Assembly: GCA_023439125.1 (NCBI GenBank)
Contig: JAEXOU010000021.1
Span: forward strand, 1,146-33,145
DNA: 32,000 nucleotides
Direction: 5' to 3'
Origin: Bacillota bacterium
GTDB lineage: Bacteria; Bacillota; Clostridia; Lachnospirales; Lachnospiraceae
Part shown: in pieces, positions 25,318 to 32,000 of the stretch
Numbering within the stretch: position 1 is the first letter of the stretch
How the letters are laid out: the number at the start of each line of letters is the position of its first letter
Notes under the pieces: model-generated
Databases searched by the model: none
What the model was told of the DNA's origin: nothing
Seen by the model: only the letters and a program-made list of their open reading frames with translations
Made by a program: the position numbers and the translations under genes

Positions 25318-26274
25318 ATGGAGCTTGTACTGAACTTTGTTTTTTTAGTATTAGGTTTTGTACTTCTGATTAAAGGAGCTGATTTCTTTGTAGAAGGAGC
25401 AGCAGGGATTGCAGATAAATTTCATATCCCACAGATGATTATTGGATTGACGATTGTAGCACTCGGAACAAGTGCACCTGAAGCAGCAGTAAGTATTAGC
25501 GCAGGTTTAAAGGGTACAGCAGGTATCGCTTTGGGTAATATCTTAGGTAGTAATATCATGAATATATTGATTATCCTTGGTATCACATGCTGTATCTGTA
25601 GTCTAAATGTGCAAAAATCCACAGTTAAATTTGATATGCCATTTTTAATATTGGTATCGTTCGTTTTACTAGCATTGTTTATAATCCAAGGAGAATTAAA
25701 TATCATATCTGGAGTAATTTTTACAATACTTTTTATTTTCTTTTTTATTCATATGATTCAAGCTACCAAGAAGGAACGTCTTCAACAAGAGAATAGAGAG
25801 AAACAAGAAGAGATTACGAAGAAACGAAATATATGGTTGCTAATATTAATGACCCTTGGTGGATTAGCTGCAATCGTTTTTGGTAGTGATTTAACTGTAG
25901 ATAATGCTACTGAAATTGCAAGCACATTTGGAATGAGTGAAAGTTTAATCGGCTTAACAGTAATTGCATTTGGTACTTCATTGCCTGAGTTGATCACATC
26001 AATTACAGCAGCAAGAAAAGGGAATGCTGACATAGCAATCGGTAACATCATTGGAAGTAATATATTTAACATCTTATTTATTTTAGCAGTTACTTCATTT
26101 CTTACTAAAATACCGATTGAGGTTGAATTTATTATTGATGGTATCATTGGACTTTTATCAGCCATTGTCTTATACTTGTTTTCAGTAAAGGACAAGCGAT
26201 TAGATCGAAAGAATGGTATCATTATGATTAGTGGTTACGTTATATATTTTGTTTATTTATTGTTTGGAAGGTAA
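25318..26274 (+). CDS. Ca2+/Na+ antiporter, CaCA (YrbG) family
   Basis: Two alpha-repeats, GTSAPEAAVS and GTSLPELITS. 318 aa, about 10 TM helices. Confidence 0.9.
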   Translation: MELVLNFVFLVLGFVLLIKGADFFVEGAAGIADKFHIPQMIIGLTIVALGTSAPEAAVSISAGLKGTAGIALGNILGSNIMNILIILGITCCICSLNVQKSTVKFDMPFLILVSFVLLALFIIQGELNIISGVIFTILFIFFFIHMIQATKKERLQQENREKQEEITKKRNIWLLILMTLGGLAAIVFGSDLTVDNATEIASTFGMSESLIGLTVIAFGTSLPELITSITAARKGNADIAIGNIIGSNIFNILFILAVTSFLTKIPIEVEFIIDGIIGLLSAIVLYLFSVKDKRLDRKNGIIMISGYVIYFVYLLFGR

Positions 26275-26284
26275 GTCTATGTAT

Positions 26285-26314
26285 TTCATAATTTTTAATA
26301 GAGCTATGTATAAT
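26285..26314 (+). promoter_or_regulatory. possible promoter TTCATA-N18-TATAAT upstream of repeat copy B
   Basis: TATAAT at 26309-26314 and TTCATA at 26285-26290. Confidence 0.4.
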
Positions 26315-26342
26315 TCAAGTTCAAAAGTCCTTAAGAAAGATG

Positions 26343-26425
26343 TCTGACGTTATTTTGCACAAAGAAATGTTATGAGTATGTGCTGACAAACATAATTCAT
26401 CCGCAACACGCTTTCGCTTGAATGA
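26343..26425 (+). repeat. intergenic repeat, full copy B (modules X+Z)
   Basis: Matches 19931-20014 at 78 of 84 hand-aligned positions. Confidence 0.8.
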
Positions 26426-26461
26426 TAGAAAAGTACTTTTGATACCCTAATGATAATATAG
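26420..26461 (+). repeat. module Y adjoining copy B
   Basis: Similar to 8001-8045. It contains an extended -10-like TGATAATAT at 26451-26459. Confidence 0.5.
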
Positions 26462-26479
26462 AATAAAGAGGAGAAAAAA

Positions 26480-27763
26480 ATGACAACAGTAAAAAATCTA
26501 TTAGAATATATTAAGAAATCCCCATCCCCATATCACGCAGTAATAGAGGGTGAGAATATGTTAAAAAGCCGAGGGTTTATCGAACTAGATATGTCAAATG
26601 CTTGGAACTTAGAAAAGGGAAATTCTTATTATGTAAAACCATTTGGTACTACATTATTTGCAGTTACAATTGGTACGAATGTAACAGAGCAGCAAACATT
26701 CCATATTGCAGCAGCTCATACCGATCATCCTTGCATTCATGTAAAACCAATTGCCGAGTTGACTCAAAAGTCATATTTAAGAGTGAATTGTGAAATTTAT
26801 GGTGGACCAATTTTAAATACATGGCTAGATCGACCATTATCGGTTGCAGGACGTGTTGCACTTAGAAGTGAAAACCCATATGAACCTAAAATATGTTACC
26901 TAAATGTTGAAAAGCCATTTTTAACAATACCAAACCTTGCGATTCATATGAATAAGGAAGTAAATAAAGGTGTTGAACTTAAGAAGCAAACAGATATGTT
27001 ACCACTTATGGGTATGCTCAATGATACCTTAAATGAGAAAAATTATTTTATTTCTTTTATTGCGAAGCAGCTAAATGTAGCAGCAGGGGATATTCTAGAT
27101 TTTGATCTTTATGTATATAACGCAGAAGATGGTTTAACACTAGGAATGAATGATGAGTTTGTACAAAGCCCTAGATTAGATAACTTAACTTCTTGTTATG
27201 CACTTCTTAGTGGTATGATGAATGCAAAGCGCGAGGATGGAATTAATGTAATTGCATTATTTGATAATGAGGAGATTGGAAGCTTAACAAAGCAAGGAGC
27301 AAATTCTTCTTTATTTACGATGTTTTTAGAAAAGCTATATATTTCTCTAGGATTTACAAGAATTCAGTATAATGAGGCTGTGATTCGCAGTTTTCTTTTA
27401 TCTGTTGATGTTGCACATGCAATGCACCCAAGTCATACCGATAAAAATGACCCTGTAAATCTTGCTTTAATGAATGATGGGGTAGTTTTTAAAATTAATA
27501 GCAACCAGCGTTATACTTTTGATACAGAAGCAATTGCAGTAGTACAACAGCTTTGTGAGAAGAATGATATCAAGTTCAAAAAGTTTGTAAATCATTCGGA
27601 TGTGATTGGTGGCGGTACATTAGGACCAATTATATCCTCATGGCTTCCAATGAAAACAGTAGATCTAGGCGTTCCATTGTTAGCAATGCATTCTGCTCGT
27701 GAGTTAATGGGAACAAAGGACCAGGAGCAACTTAATAAGCTTATCACAGTTTTCTTTTCTTAG
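26480..27763 (+). CDS. M18-family aminopeptidase
   Basis: N-terminus LLEYIKKSPSPYHAV, then AAHTDHPC, RLDNL, FDNEEIGS and SVDVAHAMHP metal-ligand motifs. Confidence 0.9.
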   Translation: MTTVKNLLEYIKKSPSPYHAVIEGENMLKSRGFIELDMSNAWNLEKGNSYYVKPFGTTLFAVTIGTNVTEQQTFHIAAAHTDHPCIHVKPIAELTQKSYLRVNCEIYGGPILNTWLDRPLSVAGRVALRSENPYEPKICYLNVEKPFLTIPNLAIHMNKEVNKGVELKKQTDMLPLMGMLNDTLNEKNYFISFIAKQLNVAAGDILDFDLYVYNAEDGLTLGMNDEFVQSPRLDNLTSCYALLSGMMNAKREDGINVIALFDNEEIGSLTKQGANSSLFTMFLEKLYISLGFTRIQYNEAVIRSFLLSVDVAHAMHPSHTDKNDPVNLALMNDGVVFKINSNQRYTFDTEAIAVVQQLCEKNDIKFKKFVNHSDVIGGGTLGPIISSWLPMKTVDLGVPLLAMHSARELMGTKDQEQLNKLITVFFS

Positions 27764-27830
27764 TTTATAAGATATGTAGTCGAGCAATGTCACAAATGTC
27801 ACAAAATAGAACTCTGTAATTAATATTTTA

Positions 27831-27859
27831 TTGACATAATATACAAATAATGGTATCAT
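27831..27859 (+). promoter_or_regulatory. near-consensus orphan promoter (TTGACA-N17-TATCAT with a TG extension)
   Basis: TTGACA at 27831-27836, TGG then TATCAT at 27854-27859. No protein gene follows before the next promoter at 28046. Confidence 0.6.
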
Positions 27860-27865
27860 GTAAGA

Positions 27866-28033
27866 GGTCGGTATCGAGAAGGTATTGTCCGGAGGAAGAA
27901 GCATTGGGAAAATAGAGGGCGAAATAAAGCAAAGTAAGATTGAAAAAACAGTGTATTTAAGAGATGCAAAAAAGGAAAACGGGTTACCTTTTGCATATAA
28001 TCGATAATACAGGTTTTTTTCAATCTTATTTTG
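27866..28033 (+). ncRNA. candidate ~165-nt small RNA ending in a compound terminator-like structure
   Basis: A 14-bp outer stem AAGATTGAAAAAAC (27936-27949) / GTTTTTTTCAATCTT (28013-28027) encloses the hairpin ATGCAAAAAAGG...CCTTTTGCAT (27964-27996), followed by ATTTTG. Confidence 0.35.
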
Positions 28034-28045
28034 CTGTTGTAGACC

Positions 28046-28074
28046 TTGACAAAAACTAGCACTTTAGATATACT
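28046..28074 (+). promoter_or_regulatory. consensus-like promoter (TTGACA-N17-TATACT) of the metG T-box leader
   Basis: TTGACA at 28046-28051 and TATACT at 28069-28074. Confidence 0.75.
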
Positions 28075-28080
28075 AGGGAA

Positions 28081-28348
28081 AAATCATAATTAAATGCAAT
28101 GAAAAGAAGAGTAAATTTGAATGCAAGGACAGAGAACCCTGAATGAGTATACTCATTGGCTGTGAATGGGGCTTGTTGAAGAATTGAACATGGTCTTGGA
28201 GCAGCATAGCTAAAGTGAAAGCCTAGGTTATGCCGTAAGTCATACGTTATCATGACATAGAGGTTTTTTCCTAGAAAGTTAGGAAAAGATGAATTAAAGT
28301 GGAACCACGGGATATGCTCTCGTCTTTAAATAAGACGGGGGTTTTTTT
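28081..28348 (+). promoter_or_regulatory. T-box riboswitch leader, methionine specifier (AUG)
   Basis: AGAGA bulge, specifier loop GAAUUGAAC-AUG-G (ATG at 28190-28192), T-box core AAAGTGGAACCACGGG (28296-28311), and terminator CTCTCGTCTT/AAGACGGGGG plus T7 (28317-28348) directly upstream of metG. Confidence 0.85.
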
Positions 28349-28374
28349 ATTTATAGGAAATAGGAGGGATTGCC

Positions 28375-30363
28375 ATGAACAAGAAGCCATATTATATTAC
28401 AACTGCAATTGCTTATACATCAGGAAAGCCACACATCGGTAATACTTATGAGATTGTATTAGCAGATAGCATTGCGAGATTTAAACGATTTGAAGGGTAT
28501 GATGTCTTTTTCCAAACAGGAACAGATGAACATGGCCAGAAGATTGAAACAAAAGCTGCGGAAGCAGGTATTACACCAAAAGAATATGTGGATCAAGTAG
28601 CAGGACAAATTAAGAGTATTTGGGACTTAATGAACTCCTCTTATGACAAATTTATTCGTACAACAGATGCAGACCATGAAAAACAAATACAAAAGATCTT
28701 TAAGAAATTATATGAGCAAGGAGATATCTATAAAGGATACTATGAGGGTATGTATTGTACGCCTTGCGAATCTTTCTTTACTTCATCACAACTTGTGGAT
28801 GGAAAATGTCCAGACTGTGGTAGAGAATGTCAGCCTGCTAAGGAAGAAGCATATTTCCTTAAGTTAAGTAAATACACAGATCGTTTAATTGAACACATCA
28901 ATACACATCCTGAATTCATACAGCCAGAATCACGTAAGAATGAGATGATGAATAACTTCTTATTGGCAGGATTACAGGATTTATGCGTATCTCGAACTTC
29001 ATTTAAGTGGGGTGTCCCAGTTGATTTTGACGATAAACATGTTGTGTATGTTTGGTTAGATGCATTAAGTAATTATATCACAGGTTTAGGATTTGATGTG
29101 GATGGTAATCATGGCGAGAACTATAAGAAATACTGGCCAGCTGATTTACACTTAATTGGTAAAGATATATTACGTTTTCATACGATTTATTGGCCAATTA
29201 TGTTAATGGCACTTGGCGTAGAATTACCAAAACAGATTTTTGGTCACCCATGGTTACTTCAGACAGACCCGAACTCCAAGGATGGAGAAGGCGTTAAGAT
29301 GAGTAAATCCAGAGGTAATGTATTGTATGCAGATGATTTAGTTGATTTATTTGGAGTAGATGCTGTTCGTTACTTTGTACTTCATGAGATGCCATTTGAT
29401 AATGATGGTGTAATCAACTATGAGTTAATGGTTGAGCGTATCAATTCTGATTTAGCCAACACTCTTGGAAACTTAGTAAATCGTACGATCTCCATGTCCA
29501 ATAAATACTTTAACGGTATTGTAAATCGTACTAATGTGACTGAAGAAGTGGATGAAGATTTAATTAAGGTAGTAACTAGCACTAAGGATAAGGTTGTTAA
29601 GAAGATGGCAGATTTACGTGTTGCAGATGCTATCTCGGAAATCTTTACACTTTTCAAACGTTGCAATAAATATATTGATGAGACAATGCCATGGGCATTA
29701 GCAAAGGATGAGACAAAGAAAGAGCGCCTTGAGAATGTGCTTTATAATCTAGTAGAAAGTATTTGTATTGGCGCTGGTTTACTTGAATCATTCTTACCAG
29801 AGACATCAAAGAAGATTTTTGCTCAGTTAAATGCTTCGTCTCGTGACATCGATTCACTTGGAGTATTTGGTGGATATAGATCTGGTACTAAGGTCACGGA
29901 AACTCCAGAAATTCTATTTGCTCGACTTGATGTTAAAGAAGTACTTGCAAAAGTAGAAGAAAAACGTGCTACACAACAGACAGTAGAACCAACAGAAGTT
30001 AAGGAGAATGAAAACGTAATTGATATTCCTGCAAAAGATGAGATTACGTATGATGACTTTGTTAAATTACAATTCCAAGTTGGTGAAATTATCGCTTGTG
30101 AAGAAGTAAAAAAATCAAAGAAATTATTATGTTCTCAAGTTAAAATCGGTAGTCAGGTTAAACAAATTGTTTCTGGTATTAAAGCACATTATACAGCAGA
30201 AGAAATGGTTGGAAAGAAAGTGATGGTATTAGTGAACTTAAAACCTGTAACACTTGCAGGTGTGCTTTCCGAAGGTATGCTTCTTTGTGCAGAGGACGAA
30301 AATGGAGTACTTGCATTGATGACACCAGAAAAAACAATGCCATCCGGTGCTGAGATTTGTTAG
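28375..30363 (+). CDS. metG: methionine--tRNA ligase with a C-terminal tRNA-binding (Trbp111/EMAP-like) domain
   Basis: HIGN (class I HIGH), KMSKS, Zn knuckle CTPCE...CPDCG, and a C-terminal FVKLQFQVGEIIACEEV OB fold. Confidence 0.95.
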   Translation: MNKKPYYITTAIAYTSGKPHIGNTYEIVLADSIARFKRFEGYDVFFQTGTDEHGQKIETKAAEAGITPKEYVDQVAGQIKSIWDLMNSSYDKFIRTTDADHEKQIQKIFKKLYEQGDIYKGYYEGMYCTPCESFFTSSQLVDGKCPDCGRECQPAKEEAYFLKLSKYTDRLIEHINTHPEFIQPESRKNEMMNNFLLAGLQDLCVSRTSFKWGVPVDFDDKHVVYVWLDALSNYITGLGFDVDGNHGENYKKYWPADLHLIGKDILRFHTIYWPIMLMALGVELPKQIFGHPWLLQTDPNSKDGEGVKMSKSRGNVLYADDLVDLFGVDAVRYFVLHEMPFDNDGVINYELMVERINSDLANTLGNLVNRTISMSNKYFNGIVNRTNVTEEVDEDLIKVVTSTKDKVVKKMADLRVADAISEIFTLFKRCNKYIDETMPWALAKDETKKERLENVLYNLVESICIGAGLLESFLPETSKKIFAQLNASSRDIDSLGVFGGYRSGTKVTETPEILFARLDVKEVLAKVEEKRATQQTVEPTEVKENENVIDIPAKDEITYDDFVKLQFQVGEIIACEEVKKSKKLLCSQVKIGSQVKQIVSGIKAHYTAEEMVGKKVMVLVNLKPVTLAGVLSEGMLLCAEDENGVLALMTPEKTMPSGAEIC

Positions 30364-30388
30364 TAGGTTATAATCTATAACTAAAAGA

Positions 30389-30438
30389 AGCTGAGGAAGA
30401 ATCAATGACCGTAAGGGTTGATTCTTTTTCAGCTTTTT
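30389..30438. terminator. bidirectional terminator between the convergent metG and DUF2508 genes
   Basis: 17-bp stem AGCTGAGGAAGAATCAA / TTGATTCTTTTTCAGCT (two G:U pairs) followed by TTTT. Confidence 0.8.
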
Positions 30439-30448
30439 AAGTTAAGTA

Positions 30449-30670
30449 TCATAAACTAACATCTGTATTAAAGTAAGGAAGAGCTTTTGCTTGCTTTATC
30501 AAAAACTTATATCGATGTTGGATCGCATTCACTTCATAAATACAGCTGTCAATTAAATCTGGATCAACTACATTCTCAAAGTTTTGATAAGCAGATTCTA
30601 ATTCCTTTTGTGCTTTTTCTATTTCCTTTAAGAGTTCTTCAGTTTGAGTATCGCGTTTTTTACGAAACAT
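30449..30670 (-). CDS. DUF2508 family protein (YaaL-like)
   Basis: MFRKKRDTQTEELLKEIEKAQKELESAYQNFENVVDPDLIDSCIYE... matches the small helical YaaL family. Start moved to ATG 30670. Confidence 0.7.
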   Translation of the reverse strand: MFRKKRDTQTEELLKEIEKAQKELESAYQNFENVVDPDLIDSCIYEVNAIQHRYKFLIKQAKALPYFNTDVSL

Positions 30671-30867
30671 GAAGTTACCCACTACCTTTCTATGGAAAAT
30701 AAATCTATGATTAATTATAGTCAAGTTGTGGACGGGATATACATAAGATTTACAGTAGATAAGGGAATATGGTTTATTTAATCATTGAGTATAAAAAGAT
30801 ACGATGGTATAACTGAGCATGTTTTATAATATATTAGTGATAAAGATGGAAAGGCCTCTTTTATAGC

Positions 30868-31140
30868 ATGGAAAAATATCTTTATCCAGCATTTTTAATT
30901 CTTTCGATTGTTGCATTCATCTTTTATGTATATAAAACTCATAAGAGATGGCTAGCTACCGTATGTATTAGAATCATTATTGGAATTATAGTGATTTTTA
31001 CTTTAAATTTATTATTACCAATGATAAAAATTACGTGTGAGGTTGGTATTAATCCAATCACAGTAACAGTAGTAGGTCTTCTTGGAATTCCAGGGTTAAT
31101 CTTTTTGTATCTATCCGTATACTTTTTTACAAGTATGTAA
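30868..31140 (+). CDS. bofA: pro-sigma-K processing inhibitor BofA
   Basis: 90-aa two-TM protein with the family motif GINPITVTVVGLLGIPGLIFLYL. It neighbours a yaaL-like gene, as in Bacillus. Confidence 0.75.
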   Translation: MEKYLYPAFLILSIVAFIFYVYKTHKRWLATVCIRIIIGIIVIFTLNLLLPMIKITCEVGINPITVTVVGLLGIPGLIFLYLSVYFFTSM

Positions 31141-31259
31141 TATATCCTATTCTAATGAATATGTTAATATAAATTTGGCATAATGGTCAAAATTTAATTA
31201 GTAATAAAAGCAATTGATAGACCTTAAAATGGATTAAGAATTATATTTGCATATAATTA

Positions 31260-31292
31260 ACAAAAGGATTCCCGAAAGGAAATCCTTTGTTC
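31260..31292. terminator. hairpin between the convergent bofA and membrane-protein genes
   Basis: AAAGGATTCC-CGAAA-GGAAATCCTTT. The U-tracts are poor on both sides. Confidence 0.45.
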
Positions 31293-31343
31293 GTTGTATG
31301 AGATATCAGATATATCACTTAATCTAGAACCTATCATTGCTCG

Positions 31344-32000
31344 TTATTGTTCACTTTCGTATACAACATCACCCGTAATCCCATTGATATACACTACTTT
31401 TTGTGAATCTTTAAACTGTATACTATATACAAAGATCAATAGATTTTGTGTAAGGTCATGGTAAAGTAAATCTTCGGCTGATAATAGTGGTGTATTTTGT
31501 CCTATACATAAATAATCTCTAGCTATATCCAACGCTTTCGAAAAACCTATGTCTGGCTCTGTCTGAACGAATGACAGTTCATCATGTGTTAAAAGGTTAT
31601 GTTCTATTACGATTTCACCATCTTTATTTATTCCAAAATATCCAGTGATAATAGTATTTTTAAAACGCTGCTCCACGTAGTAAATAAAATTACCATTCGT
31701 AACTGGATATCTTGAGTCGTATGTAAATTCACTATTGGCAAAGAAAAATTTGATATCTTTTCCATCAAAATCATTCATCGTAATATATTCCTTAGCACTT
31801 TCAATTACTTTTGTAGGAGTTGAACCATATGCCAATAAATAAGTGTCTGAATTCTCAATGTAATGTTCTACTTTTGGTTCCTCATAATTAGGTTTATTTA
31901 TTATCTGGTTATTAATGTATAGGAACATAAGGACAGTAGATGCGATGATTAAAATAAATATTAATATTAAAATAATTCTTATTCGCTTTATCGATACCAT
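31344..32000 (-). CDS. hypothetical membrane-anchored protein (N-terminal signal anchor, PepSY-like C-terminal repeats suspected)
   Basis: ORF begins at the window edge with MVSIKRIRIILILIFILIIASTVLMFLY. The true start could lie beyond 32000. Confidence 0.55.
   Translation of the reverse strand: MVSIKRIRIILILIFILIIASTVLMFLYINNQIINKPNYEEPKVEHYIENSDTYLLAYGSTPTKVIESAKEYITMNDFDGKDIKFFFANSEFTYDSRYPVTNGNFIYYVEQRFKNTIITGYFGINKDGEIVIEHNLLTHDELSFVQTEPDIGFSKALDIARDYLCIGQNTPLLSAEDLLYHDLTQNLLIFVYSIQFKDSQKVVYINGITGDVVYESEQ

Noticed and set aside
27864-28007. Open reading frame inside the candidate sRNA (…IGKIEGEIKQSKIEKTVYLRDAKKENGLPFAYNR)
   Set aside because: There is no ATG or GTG. The only SD-compatible start would be ATT (27903); the TTG at 27885 lies 2 nt from its SD-like sequence. 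The 5' part would lie upstream of the predicted transcription start.
1-32000. CRISPR arrays, tRNA/rRNA genes, IS elements, integrases, prophage or restriction-modification genes
   Set aside because: I saw no spacer-repeat periodicity, no tRNA-like T-arm/acceptor signatures in intergenic DNA, and no transposase, integrase or methyltransferase-like ORFs. All ORFs above 60 aa are otherwise accounted for.

Overview
Visibly AT-rich Firmicutes DNA, probably from a spore-forming member of the Clostridia (bofA and a yaaL-like gene are present; SD sequences are strong and sigma-A-type promoters near-consensus). I support 26 protein genes plus two candidate small ORFs. From left to right: hom (partial), a LysR regulator, a Nim-like PNPOx-fold protein, argC, a GltD-family Fe-S flavoprotein, a Sir2 deacylase, tkt, two-component system 1, a heterodimeric ABC exporter pair, two-component system 2 with a MacB/FtsX-type ABC transporter, a RelQ/RelP-type small alarmone synthetase, an S1-domain protein, an NrtR-like NUDIX protein, a CPA2 antiporter, an orphan PD-(D/E)xK-like protein, a CaCA antiporter, an M18 aminopeptidase, T-box-controlled metG, a DUF2508 (yaaL-like) gene, bofA and a membrane-anchored hypothetical. 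I saw no rRNA, tRNA, CRISPR array, IS element or prophage, and no convincing new multi-gene (for example defence) system. The coding content looks like core metabolism plus an envelope-stress/efflux cluster at 8.1-19.8 kb. The interesting signals are all noncoding. (1) A modular intergenic repeat: two 84-nt copies match at 78/84 hand-aligned positions, and a third partial copy is inverted. (2) A consensus promoter, a 23-codon ORF with a perfect SD and an intrinsic terminator lie upstream of the ABC exporter pair, like the bmrB-bmrCD attenuator. (3) A 530-nt structured region with a locally GC-rich island lies upstream of the GltD-like gene, which has no SD of its own and overlaps a 5-codon uORF (TAATG). 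(4) An orphan consensus promoter drives a structured RNA just upstream of the metG T-box promoter. (5) Phased TTAAGG direct repeats lie upstream of the MacB-type transporter. All coordinates, alignments and helices were worked out by hand; no database search was possible.
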